From IMG/VR virus record IMGVR_UViG_3300030390_002408: a stretch of 64,000 bases of DNA; one strand, written 5' to 3'. Source of the DNA: a virus. Of the stretch, positions 36,809-46,640 are shown piece after piece (position 1 is the stretch's first letter; each line of letters starts with the position of its first letter). The notes under the pieces are model-generated. The model was not told where the DNA came from and searched no databases. It saw nothing but the letters and a program-made list of their open reading frames with translations. The translations under genes were made by a program, and so were the position numbers.

Positions 36809-37199
36809 CTTTATCTAACTTTTTCTTAACAAACATCCAGAGTGACTTTAAATCATTGATTTTATAAGCCTCTTCATTTTCTTCCCAGTATTCAGAATCT
36901 TCCCCCCTTAATAAAACATACCACATAATTACTTCTGTTGCTTCTTCTCCATATGTGATCCTTAAAAGATTTTCAATTATAACCCATAAGTTATCTGTAA
37001 CTTTTGATATTTCTAATCCTGAAATGTTTTGGATTTGGTCTTCTGTTTGGAATTGTAATTTTAATTTGGTGATGAAAGTATTAAATACCATCTCTTCAGT
37101 ATTTTCAATATCATCTTTAATACTAACCTTTGAACCTAAAATATCTTCAAAGAGATCTTTCATATCTTTAGCTCCATCATATTCTATAAAATCATCCAT
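36801..37199 (-). CDS. Hypothetical protein
   Basis: Coupled acidic ORF. Confidence 0.65.
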   Translation of the reverse strand: MDDFIEYDGAKDMKDLFEDILGSKVSIKDDIENTEEMVFNTFITKLKLQFQTEDQIQNISGLEISKVTDNLWVIIENLLRITYGEEATEVIMWYVLLRGEDSEYWEENEEAYKINDLKSLWMFVKKKLDKDA

Positions 37200-37213
37200 A
37201 ACTTATTTTTATT

Positions 37214-37558
37214 TTATAATCTGTTGATTAAATTTGAAATTTCATGACATTTTTCAAAATCTTCGATTTTAAGATAACCATCATTAATTTTTTGAAGAAT
37301 TTTCTTATAATTTTCTTTCTTAACTTCTATTATTATAGCTATGTTTAATATATTAAAGATTTCTACCTTCTTCAAATTATTTTCAATGGCATATTTGATC
37401 CTACCTAAAACCTCAGATTGGATGTAAGATATAAATTCTCCATTAGAGTATAATTTTTTCAAATCTTCAGGAGAATCATATGATATTTGGATACGAGTAA
37501 CTTCATTACTTTCTTTATCTATTTCTTCCATATTAAAGTGAGATTGAATTATTCGCAT
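37214..37558 (-). CDS. Protein with C-terminal UVR-like motif
   Basis: EDFEKCHEISN. Confidence 0.6.
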   Translation of the reverse strand: MRIIQSHFNMEEIDKESNEVTRIQISYDSPEDLKKLYSNGEFISYIQSEVLGRIKYAIENNLKKVEIFNILNIAIIIEVKKENYKKILQKINDGYLKIEDFEKCHEISNLINRL

Positions 37559-38736
37559 TATAAATATATTAAATCATTTTGGTACTCATTTAATTGAACT
37601 ATTTCAACTATTAAATTACCTAAACCAAATCTACCTATCTCCCCACTATCTTTAATAATTTCTGGAAGTTGTTGTATTATTTGAAAGTCTGGTTGAGATA
37701 TATTTGAACCATCTATTTCAATTAGTATTTCATTGTTTTTTTCATTATCATAAGGTTTTACTCTTTTATTTAAATCAAATGATGTATTAGGTTGTTCTTT
37801 CACAATATAATACTTTCTAATAGCATCCTCATTTTCTTCTACATACATTGTAGAACACCAAGGTTCAAGAGCTTCTATTAGTTTATCATTACAATTCTTA
37901 ACTATAAAACCTATATCATATTTAGGGGGAACTATTGGTTTCATATATTGATCATGTTTAATAAAATGACCCCATTTACGAATAAATTCTTTACTATTTT
38001 TTGTTGTTGTATTGATCCACTCATTAGAATTTTTACCAGCTGAACCTCCAGCATGTTTATTAAATCTACTACCCCTACTAGTAAAATGATAAACCAAACC
38101 TTCCCAAGTTTGAAGTACTTTATATCCTTTTAAAATGAAACGATTAAATAAATCACTATCTTCCTTACTTTGTGGGGCAAATATTTCATCATGACCTCCT
38201 ATTGATAAAAAGTCTTCTTTATACATGCACCAAGGAGCAAATATTCCCTCTGTTAAGTTTTTATTATGTTTTGGGATGTATTCATTTTTAACCCAATTAT
38301 TAAATTTTTCTATATTAAAATCCTCAACTTCAATTCCAAAATCAACTAACATCTTTTCGGGACCATCAGGATGAAGAGGAGGTTCAACTCTAGTAGCACT
38401 TACAATAGTTCCTCTTTTTAAGTTTTTTAAAATATGTTTATCTAAATCAGGAGCCGCAACCATATCTGCATGATATGCCATAATAATATCTGTACAAGCT
38501 AATTCAATACCCTTATCAAACATTCCTACAATCCCAATACGTTCTGGTCCTGGGTTGTGGTAAGTAATTAAATCTTTATCTTTTTGATTGTCTATCCATT
38601 CTTTAGTTCCATCACTACTGGCATCATTTAATACTAATATTTCGTGTTTAGTATTTAGATTTCTTATTGATTTATAAGCTAATTGGAGAAATTCTAAATT
38701 ATTTCTACTAGGTATTACAAATGTTATCTTTTCCAT
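37558..38736 (-). CDS. GT2-family glycosyltransferase
   Basis: ITFVIPSRN, LNDASSDGT, HADM, GGHDE, EDSDL. Start moved to MEKITF. Confidence 0.9.
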   Translation of the reverse strand: MEKITFVIPSRNNLEFLQLAYKSIRNLNTKHEILVLNDASSDGTKEWIDNQKDKDLITYHNPGPERIGIVGMFDKGIELACTDIIMAYHADMVAAPDLDKHILKNLKRGTIVSATRVEPPLHPDGPEKMLVDFGIEVEDFNIEKFNNWVKNEYIPKHNKNLTEGIFAPWCMYKEDFLSIGGHDEIFAPQSKEDSDLFNRFILKGYKVLQTWEGLVYHFTSRGSRFNKHAGGSAGKNSNEWINTTTKNSKEFIRKWGHFIKHDQYMKPIVPPKYDIGFIVKNCNDKLIEALEPWCSTMYVEENEDAIRKYYIVKEQPNTSFDLNKRVKPYDNEKNNEILIEIDGSNISQPDFQIIQQLPEIIKDSGEIGRFGLGNLIVEIVQLNEYQNDLIYL

Positions 38737-38738
38737 AA

Positions 38739-39374
38739 TTATTTTAGATTTATAACTGCAAAAAATACCCAACAATTATTTAAATCAGTAGTTATATCAG
38801 TACCCCATTGGCCTCCTGGAAGTTGGATTTCATTTAATCCTATAGCTGTTATATCACACCCATCAAAATTTTTATATAATGCTTCTGTAAATTCTTGTGG
38901 GTTATATTCATATAAATGGGTTCCCCCATTATAAACCCAAGTGGGGGTTTTTCTTCTGGGGGTGGTAATAATAATTGTTTCTTTAGTTACAGATTTTAAA
39001 CTTTGTAAGTAATCATCTATTTTTTCTTTTGGCAAATGTTCGAATGTTTCTATAGAAGTACAAACATCAAATTCATCTTTTTTAAATTGTTCTTTAAGAT
39101 TAAAAATATCACATACTTTGTATGTACAATTAGGGGATTGATATATTTTATTAGCACTTTTCACTCCCTCTTCGTCAATATCAATGCCTACAACACTTTT
39201 AGCTCCTAATGATAACAAAATCCCGGCTCCATAACCTTTTCCAGTTGCAGCATCTAGTACTTTTTTATCTTTAGTCCAATGGTTAGCAAAAATATATCTA
39301 TCTATCATAGTAGAAGTAGCAGGTTTTACTAATCTATCTATTTCTTTTAAGGGGTGGTTATCTGTTTCTTTCAT
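38739..39374 (-). CDS. Class I SAM-dependent methyltransferase
   Basis: VLDAATGKGYG, VGIDID, ETFEHL, ITTP. Confidence 0.9.
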   Translation of the reverse strand: MKETDNHPLKEIDRLVKPATSTMIDRYIFANHWTKDKKVLDAATGKGYGAGILLSLGAKSVVGIDIDEEGVKSANKIYQSPNCTYKVCDIFNLKEQFKKDEFDVCTSIETFEHLPKEKIDDYLQSLKSVTKETIIITTPRRKTPTWVYNGGTHLYEYNPQEFTEALYKNFDGCDITAIGLNEIQLPGGQWGTDITTDLNNCWVFFAVINLK

Positions 39375-40230
39375 TTTTTATGTTATTTAAATAATCTACT
39401 AAATTTATTTTGGGGGTCCAACCTAATATTTCCTTAGCTGAATTGTCAATATTAAGAGTGTTTTGAGCTTCACCTAGTTTAAAGGGTTTATATATTGGGG
39501 TAATATTTAACATTTTAGCAATTTCATTTACTGAGTAGTTTTTGCCTCTACCTAATTCGAAACTATTATTATAAGCTTGTTGTTTTTGTATACTAACTAA
39601 CGCATCTACTATATCATCAACATGAGTAAAATCCCTTCTTTGATCACCATCACCATATATTTCACATTCAATTCCTTTTTCTATATTATTTAACCATCTA
39701 CCTATTAGGGTTGTATATCCCCCTTCTGTTAATTGGTACGGGCCATATACATTATAAAATCTAGCTATTGATGCCTTTAAATTAAAGTGTTCTTGATATA
39801 GTTTAATTATTTCTTCTCCTAAATCTTTACTAAATGTATAAGGATTTTTGAATTTACCTGAGTGGTGGGATGAACTACCGGCGTATATTAAAGGTATATT
39901 ATGTTTAGTACAATATTTGACTATTTCATAAGTTCCATTAAAGTTTATATCTATATAATCTTCTGGTCTTTCAAATGATGGTTGGATTCTAGCAATAGCT
40001 GCTAAATGGTATACAATGTCAATATCTTTTAAAAATATGTCTTCATCATATACTGAAATATTTTTTATTGAATTATTATAGTAAATACATCCTTTTACCT
40101 CATTATTTTTTAACCCTGTTGAATAATCATCTATAGAATAAACTGTGTGGTTGTTTTTTAGAAGTCTTTTAACTAAATTAGTACCTATAAAACCAGCTCC
40201 TCCTGTTACTATTATTTTCATATTTCTCAT
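39358..40230 (-). CDS. NAD-dependent sugar epimerase/dehydratase
   Basis: VTGGAGFIG, HLAA, YTFSK, RDFTHVDD. Confidence 0.92.
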   Translation of the reverse strand: MRNMKIIVTGGAGFIGTNLVKRLLKNNHTVYSIDDYSTGLKNNEVKGCIYYNNSIKNISVYDEDIFLKDIDIVYHLAAIARIQPSFERPEDYIDINFNGTYEIVKYCTKHNIPLIYAGSSSHHSGKFKNPYTFSKDLGEEIIKLYQEHFNLKASIARFYNVYGPYQLTEGGYTTLIGRWLNNIEKGIECEIYGDGDQRRDFTHVDDIVDALVSIQKQQAYNNSFELGRGKNYSVNEIAKMLNITPIYKPFKLGEAQNTLNIDNSAKEILGWTPKINLVDYLNNIKNERNR

Positions 40231-41144
40231 ATTTTAATATTAAAGTATTTCATTGCATATTTAGCTCGATATTGTGGGTAATAGTCATAATCATCCCCAA
40301 TTCGTACCCAACAACGACCATCCTTACCCAATAACACCCTTTTATTATCAATTTTCTCTACTCTAGGGTCTACATTTTTCCATTTATGGTGGTGATATTC
40401 AACTCCCGTCATATTATTTCCTCGATCTATACTTCCCTCCCCTTTATTACGACTTCCAGCATCTAACTCCTGACCCGTATTGGTTTTTAACCCAATAACT
40501 TTATGTTGGGAAAATTTTGAGTTACAGAAATATGTAAGATTAGGTTTTTGGAAATGATCTTTTTTAGCATCCACATAAGGTAAAATTGCTTCAATATAAT
40601 TAGGATATAACTGAAATTGTGGGAAATTTTTATTTTCATACCATGACCCATAAGGAGAATATCCTTCAACCTCAACACATCGTAAAAACCAATCGTCATC
40701 TTCCATACTAGGGTAGTAGCGATAGCCTTCATCCCACCACCCTAACCTAACAATGGTTTTTTTATGAAATGCAATAGCATTAAAAGAGTTAAGATGTACT
40801 TGCTCTAAATTGGGGTTGTTTTCTAATATATCATTTAATACTTCAAACCAATCACTATCAAATAACATATCATCACACGTAAGCAAAACCCAATCTGTTA
40901 AGGATTTAATAATTCCTTGATTCCAAGCTTTTGTTAGCCCTACATTTTCCTTACTATAAATAAAATTAACATTAGGGTATGAGTTTTCAGCAATCTTAAC
41001 TTTTTTTAATTCCTCTCCTGTTGTGTTATTATCCCACACAATAATTGGAATTGAAGGATCAATTGTAGTTAAACACTTTTTAAGTCTATCTCCCCGATAA
41101 TAGCTTACAATTATTATGGTTATATCAGATTTATTTAAAGACAT
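40227..41144 (-). CDS. GT2-family glycosyltransferase
   Basis: IIIVSY, VWDN, AWNQG, CDD, WDE...EDDDW. Confidence 0.85.
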   Translation of the reverse strand: MSLNKSDITIIIVSYYRGDRLKKCLTTIDPSIPIIVWDNNTTGEELKKVKIAENSYPNVNFIYSKENVGLTKAWNQGIIKSLTDWVLLTCDDMLFDSDWFEVLNDILENNPNLEQVHLNSFNAIAFHKKTIVRLGWWDEGYRYYPSMEDDDWFLRCVEVEGYSPYGSWYENKNFPQFQLYPNYIEAILPYVDAKKDHFQKPNLTYFCNSKFSQHKVIGLKTNTGQELDAGSRNKGEGSIDRGNNMTGVEYHHHKWKNVDPRVEKIDNKRVLLGKDGRCWVRIGDDYDYYPQYRAKYAMKYFNIKI

Positions 41145-41145
41145 A

Positions 41146-41952
41146 TTAACAATAACTTTGGGTTTGAACTCTATAAAAAGATCTACCTGAAGAATATAAT
41201 TTCAGTTTATATCCTATCTGGACATAGCAGTTAGTAAAAGAGATTTCTCCATTTATTTCAGCATCTCTATACCATTTAATTCCTTCAGATTGTTTAAAAA
41301 TTTGAAAATCTCCCTCAATTGCGGATTTTTGGAGGGATTTAGACATTTTTAATTTAGGTAAAGGGAAAGATCCTAATTTATTAATTACTTCATTTATATA
41401 TTTTGTAGAAGTTAAGCCTACCCCCCCATGAGCGTGGGGTGGGTGATTTTCATACCCTGTTGATTCTATATACCCCCCAACAATAGTGTGGGGGTGATCT
41501 GAAATATTTTCAGCACATACATAAGCTATTTTATTATCTGAGTTTAACATTTCAATCATTTTTTTTATGTAACCGTGTTCCATAGCATATATATCATCTT
41601 CATTAAAAAACCAATATTCATATTCTTCTTTAAATAAATTAAAGGCATTAATAAAAGAACCAAAACTTAACCCCCAACCATCATCCCACTTTCGGTTAAT
41701 TATTTTTATAACACCATTTTTTGTTTTTACCCCATTGAACTTATTTAAAAATTTTTTTGCTTTTTCATTACCAAAGTCATGGTTAATAATTACTAAATCT
41801 GTATCAAACCCTGAATCTATATTAATTTCATTTTCTAATTCTGTGGTTAGCATTTCTATGGTTTCTTCACAATTATGGGGATAACCTCTTCTAGCTCCGA
41901 AATATGTTGCAGTTACTTTACAACATTTATTTTTTTTGTTTATTTCTATCAT
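41146..41952 (-). CDS. GT-A-fold glycosyltransferase-like protein
   Basis: GLSFGSF, YWFFNEDD. Confidence 0.6.
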   Translation of the reverse strand: MIEINKKNKCCKVTATYFGARRGYPHNCEETIEMLTTELENEINIDSGFDTDLVIINHDFGNEKAKKFLNKFNGVKTKNGVIKIINRKWDDGWGLSFGSFINAFNLFKEEYEYWFFNEDDIYAMEHGYIKKMIEMLNSDNKIAYVCAENISDHPHTIVGGYIESTGYENHPPHAHGGVGLTSTKYINEVINKLGSFPLPKLKMSKSLQKSAIEGDFQIFKQSEGIKWYRDAEINGEISFTNCYVQIGYKLKLYSSGRSFYRVQTQSYC

Positions 41953-42509
41953 ATGTGTACATTTATCCCAGAAATTCCTGGGAATTGATCATTTAGAATA
42001 TTATATTGGATTTTTTGTTGGGTGTGGGTTATAGGAGATGAAAAATGTTTTTCCATCCATTCAACTCCATCCCTTTCTTTAGTCCCCCCCTCAAAAATTA
42101 TTTTTCCATTTGGGAATTTATCATGGATTTTATTTATAATCTCCCCATTATTAGAAATATCTAAATGAATTAGATCAAATTCATCATCTTCTTCTAACCA
42201 TTTATAAAAATCTTTTTTTATTAAAGTTACATAAGAATTCAAATTATAATATTGTAAATTATATTCTACTATAGATTTATTAGAATTCTTGTACTGGTAG
42301 TCTTCAAATAAATCATATCCTATTATTTCTCCAAATCCATTATCTCTTACAGCTTGGGCTAAACATATAGTTGAGTAACCATATAATAAACCAAAATCAA
42401 TAATCTTCATTGGTTTTAAGTTTATTACTGTATTATAAATAGTTTCTCCTATATTGTTAGAAACATATGAAGAATAAATATGTTTTGGTTCTTGATACAT
42501 AATTACCAT
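41949..42509 (-). CDS. Class I SAM methyltransferase-like protein
   Basis: IIDFGLLYGYST, GYDLF, FDLIHLD. Confidence 0.75.
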   Translation of the reverse strand: MVIMYQEPKHIYSSYVSNNIGETIYNTVINLKPMKIIDFGLLYGYSTICLAQAVRDNGFGEIIGYDLFEDYQYKNSNKSIVEYNLQYYNLNSYVTLIKKDFYKWLEEDDEFDLIHLDISNNGEIINKIHDKFPNGKIIFEGGTKERDGVEWMEKHFSSPITHTQQKIQYNILNDQFPGISGINVHI

Positions 42510-43690
42510 CCTTTTTTAATACATTCTACAATATATTCTCTATCTGATTCTGATAGCCACCAACCTACAGGAATATTAACAATCTTCCCTATGGTTTTAT
42601 CTAAATTAGGTAAGAGAGTTTTAAATTCATCCATACAACTATGTTTATCATTCCGTTCATGGACTTGAGAGACTGCTATATTACATTCCTTCATCCATCT
42701 ATAAAAACCTTCTCTATCATCTACTAATAAAGAGTAAATCCAAAATGAAGATTCAAATCCTTCTTCACGTTTTAATAAAGTAACTCCTTTAACACCTTGA
42801 AGATTATCATCATAGTATTGAGCATTAGATTTATGTTTGGATGTTATTTTATCTAAATGTTTAAAATTTTCAATACCCACAGCAGCACAAACATCATTCA
42901 TATGGAATTTAAATCCCCACTCAGATATATCAGCTTCACATCTAAAATCTTTTCTTCCTTTTGGATTCCTATCAATACCATACCACCTAACTAGTTTTGC
43001 TCTTTCATATAATTCATGGTGGGGGCAATATAAAATTCCACCATCTATAGATGTAATATGTTTAATAGCTTGGAGGGAATGCATTACAAAATTTCCATGA
43101 TTTCCTAAGTAATGGCCCTTGTATTTAGTACCAATTGAATGGGCTCCATCTTCTATTAGTGAGGGAGACCATCCATGTTTTGTATTAAATCTATTTCTAA
43201 TGTCTTTAATTTTATTTAAGTCTAAAGGATAACCCCCCCAATGTACCCCCATTATAGCTTTAGTTTTAGTAGTCATTTTTTTCTCTAAATCAACTAAATC
43301 CATATTAAGTGTAGTTGGGTCAATGTCTACCCACTTTATTTTTAAACCATTAGCTACAATAGGCCAATTAGAAGCGGTACACGTTAGGGCTGTTGCTAAT
43401 ACTTCATCCCCCTCTTTTATACCAGGCCAAAATTCCTTAGATTGTCCTAATCCTTGAAAAGTTGTGGTTTTAGAAAATGGTTTTTTTAATAAATGAAGTG
43501 CTAGGTGGAGGGCAGATGTTCCTGCATTTGTTGTAACAATATTAGAATTATTAAAATACTCCCCTAATTGTTTTTCAAATTCTTCAACTTTAGGACCTTG
43601 ACCTATAAATCCACTGTCTAATACTTCTCCTACTTTTTCTTTAGCTGTAGGAGACATAAATACTTTAAATAAAGGGATATTGTTTTTCAT
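42503..43690 (-). CDS. DegT/DnrJ/EryC1/StrS sugar aminotransferase
   Basis: GPKVEEFE, AGTSALHLAL, IEDGAH, SLQAIKHITSIDGG. Confidence 0.93.
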   Translation of the reverse strand: MKNNIPLFKVFMSPTAKEKVGEVLDSGFIGQGPKVEEFEKQLGEYFNNSNIVTTNAGTSALHLALHLLKKPFSKTTTFQGLGQSKEFWPGIKEGDEVLATALTCTASNWPIVANGLKIKWVDIDPTTLNMDLVDLEKKMTTKTKAIMGVHWGGYPLDLNKIKDIRNRFNTKHGWSPSLIEDGAHSIGTKYKGHYLGNHGNFVMHSLQAIKHITSIDGGILYCPHHELYERAKLVRWYGIDRNPKGRKDFRCEADISEWGFKFHMNDVCAAVGIENFKHLDKITSKHKSNAQYYDDNLQGVKGVTLLKREEGFESSFWIYSLLVDDREGFYRWMKECNIAVSQVHERNDKHSCMDEFKTLLPNLDKTIGKIVNIPVGWWLSESDREYIVECIKKGW

Positions 43691-43697
43691 TTGACTT

Positions 43698-43907
43698 TTA
43701 CTTTATTTTAATAAATTCAACAGTTACAAATTCTCTTACTGCTTTTCCTAATTCTTGGTCATTAGGATATTTTTCAACAAACATTTTAATAACACTCATA
43801 TTAAGAGCTTCATACTTAAGTAATGATACCTCTCTGTCTATTGATTTTACTTCAGATCCTTCCATAATACTCATTTTGTTTTTCTTGTTTTGTAATTGTT
43901 TTATCAT
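43698..43907 (-). CDS. Hypothetical protein
   Basis: YPNDQELGKAVR motif. Start probably further downstream. Confidence 0.55.
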   Translation of the reverse strand: MIKQLQNKKNKMSIMEGSEVKSIDREVSLLKYEALNMSVIKMFVEKYPNDQELGKAVREFVTVEFIKIK

Positions 43908-44478
43908 GTATTAAACTCCACTCTTCGCTACTAGGTAAATATGATATAGTTTCATAACCTTCTAGAACTTCATGTACTTTATTTTTCCATTTAATTTTGG
44001 GGGTATTTCGATATACCCTCCACTGATGGTCTGGGAAATTAACCCAACCTTTATCATTTACATTCCAACCCCACTTCTGAATATGTTCTTCTGTTAAGCC
44101 TTTAACTGTATTAACTCTAGGAACTTTTAAAACATCTATTTTATTAAGTTTTAATACTTCAGGGATAAAATCCATCATGTAGTTAGTAGGTAATTCATCA
44201 GCGTCAATTTGAAAGATATAATCTTTAGTACAAGCTCTAGTTAATCTATTTTTCCAATCCGCAAAATGATTATTGAAGGTATCTTCAACTAGGGTAATAT
44301 GATTATTACTACTTAATTTATGGAGATAACCTAATAATTCAGAGGTTTGTGTATTTTTACTTAAATCTACTAAGACAACAATCTCATCATCTCTTCGCAT
44401 ACCATGCATTAAAAACGCTAATAATCGCTGAATTTCAATGAATTCGTTACATACAGTAACAGCATAACTTATATTCAT
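43852..44478 (-). CDS. GT2-family glycosyltransferase
   Basis: ISYAVTVCNE, FQIDADE, KVHE. Confidence 0.88.
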   Translation of the reverse strand: MNISYAVTVCNEFIEIQRLLAFLMHGMRRDDEIVVLVDLSKNTQTSELLGYLHKLSSNNHITLVEDTFNNHFADWKNRLTRACTKDYIFQIDADELPTNYMMDFIPEVLKLNKIDVLKVPRVNTVKGLTEEHIQKWGWNVNDKGWVNFPDHQWRVYRNTPKIKWKNKVHEVLEGYETISYLPSSEEWSLIHDKTITKQEKQNEYYGRI

Positions 44479-44497
44479 AATTGAATAATTTTATTAA

Positions 44498-44818
44498 TTA
44501 AAATGGTAATTCATCATCTCCTCCTTCTAGAGATTTTACCCTACTTTCAAGATTTTCAACTTGATTTAGTAACATATTAATTCTTTCTTCTAAACTTATT
44601 TCAGGTCGAAATGAGGATTTCTTCTTTTTGAAATATTCATCTAAAAATGATTTAGGATATGTTTTAACAACCCCCTCATAGTATGGGGTTGAAACTGACT
44701 GTTCAGAAACTTCAACATAATCATTATGGTTTAAAGCAGCATCCATAACTTCTTTTCCTAAATCAGGACCGGCTGCTTTCCCTAAATACTCATATAAACT
44801 TAATTGATCTTCACTCAT
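44498..44818 (-). CDS. Hypothetical protein with acidic DDELPF tail
   Basis: SSB-like C-terminal tip. Promoter at 44843-44873. Confidence 0.65.
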   Translation of the reverse strand: MSEDQLSLYEYLGKAAGPDLGKEVMDAALNHNDYVEVSEQSVSTPYYEGVVKTYPKSFLDEYFKKKKSSFRPEISLEERINMLLNQVENLESRVKSLEGGDDELPF

Positions 44819-44857
44819 AACTTTTACATTTTTATTTGTATTGAATATACTAAAATT

Positions 44858-45328
44858 TTATTGTTTTTCCAAACCATTTTGAAACACCCCAATAGAATCT
44901 ATGGCTTCAATAAAGTCTTTTTCATCAAATTCTACTAATGTTTCCATATCCATTCTCCACTCATAAAACTCACCTTTTTTGTTAGGGATTGGGTATTTTT
45001 CTTTTTCTTCTTCTTTAACTGGAACTGCACTTACAGCAGCCCACTTCCAGTTTTTTGAATTAGCCCCATTAGCAAATACCATTCCTTTTTCAGGGAGATT
45101 AATTGTAATAGGCATCCAAATTTTTCCGGTTTCATCTTCAACCATTAATTCTTTATGTAGGTTAGGAAGCATTTCTAACTGCTCTTCAAAGAATGTAGAG
45201 TCTTTTTTCATAACAGAATTAGATTGAAACCCACACCCATAACAAAAATAATTTTTTATTTCTTCATTTACTTCTTGGGTGTAACAAGCATCACTTCCAC
45301 ACTTATCACAAATTGTTAAATTATCCAT
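44858..45328 (-). CDS. Zinc-ribbon protein
   Basis: CDKCGSDAC...CYGCG. Confidence 0.7.
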   Translation of the reverse strand: MDNLTICDKCGSDACYTQEVNEEIKNYFCYGCGFQSNSVMKKDSTFFEEQLEMLPNLHKELMVEDETGKIWMPITINLPEKGMVFANGANSKNWKWAAVSAVPVKEEEKEKYPIPNKKGEFYEWRMDMETLVEFDEKDFIEAIDSIGVFQNGLEKQ

Positions 45329-46640
45329 TTGTTTCTACTTTTTTTAGTTTAGGTAATTCTATTTTATTTAGTTTAGGTAATTTTAACTCTACTTGTTTTG
45401 GGAAATCTGGAATGAATTCTATTAAGATTTCATCTAATTGTTTCTTCATCATTTCAAATGAGAAATCAGTTCTACTTTTATACCCTTGTCTTTTACCTTT
45501 AACTTTATACTCTTTATAATTTTCAAATACATCATTTAAGTAATGACCTATTTGTCCATGATCAACACTAAACCATTTAGATCCTTCAATAAGCATATCT
45601 TTCATTTGAGCTGAAGGGTGGATGTCTGTTAATTTCCCTCCTAATAAAGATGTTAATTCAGAATCTAAAAAGTCAGTATGGCCACTCCACCCCGTAGTAA
45701 TAACAGGCTTATTTGTAAGAGAAAATTCTAATAGGGGTCTACCAAATCCTTCTCCTTTGGTTAAATTAACCATAGATTTTATTTTAGGATGGTTATAAAT
45801 TTCATTCATTTCAACATCAGAAAATTCTCCATGTAATAGATAAATATTTGGGAGTTTATTTGATGGTATTGTATCTCTTATAAATTTTAATCTTTTTTGT
45901 ATTTCTTTCCTATCTAAATAAGAAGCCCCAGCAGTACTAGTTTTTAATATTAAAGCAGGTATTTTTGTTTTATTTTTAAATAACTCATAAAAGGCTTTAA
46001 CTAATAACCCCACATTTTTTCTATCTTCCCCCATACTTCCTTGCATCCAATGTCCTACAAACAAGTAAGCAAAATCTTCTTTTATTAAGTTAAGATCTTT
46101 ATAAAGTTCAATAGATTTAAAGTCTGAAGTTTTATTTAGAGGTTTATATAAATCTAAATTGGCTCCTTCAATTAATACTTTAATGGGTTTTTGCAGTTTT
46201 AAATCATGGGTTTGACCTGTTTCTTTATTTTTGGCTTGATAAACAGTTTGCTCAAATACATTTTTAGAATGGTTTGATGAGCATAGTATTAAATCCATTT
46301 TATTACATCCTTCAATCCATTGGGGAGCGCAAGCTGTTGTCTCAATTCCAGCAGTTAACCCAATATTATATTTGCCTACAGGTTGGAACTCATTAGGAAC
46401 TGTTACTTGACACCATATGTCAGGTTTTTCTGTTAATTGGGGACCTATTAAGTGTTTATTTAAAAATTCCCACTCAGGATGGTTATCAATAAATCCTTTT
46501 GGAGTACCTCCCCATCTTTGAGGGAGGACTTTAACATCATATTTATCTAATTCAATTAATGATTTGACATAATCTCTTGATCTAGCACCATACCCACTGT
46601 AGGTATCTATTGGACAACTTACTACAAATGTATTTTTCAT
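45321..46640 (-). CDS. GT4-like (GT-B) glycosyltransferase
   Basis: SGYG, RKN, KGEGFGRPLLE. Confidence 0.88.
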   Translation of the reverse strand: MKNTFVVSCPIDTYSGYGARSRDYVKSLIELDKYDVKVLPQRWGGTPKGFIDNHPEWEFLNKHLIGPQLTEKPDIWCQVTVPNEFQPVGKYNIGLTAGIETTACAPQWIEGCNKMDLILCSSNHSKNVFEQTVYQAKNKETGQTHDLKLQKPIKVLIEGANLDLYKPLNKTSDFKSIELYKDLNLIKEDFAYLFVGHWMQGSMGEDRKNVGLLVKAFYELFKNKTKIPALILKTSTAGASYLDRKEIQKRLKFIRDTIPSNKLPNIYLLHGEFSDVEMNEIYNHPKIKSMVNLTKGEGFGRPLLEFSLTNKPVITTGWSGHTDFLDSELTSLLGGKLTDIHPSAQMKDMLIEGSKWFSVDHGQIGHYLNDVFENYKEYKVKGKRQGYKSRTDFSFEMMKKQLDEILIEFIPDFPKQVELKLPKLNKIELPKLKKVETNG

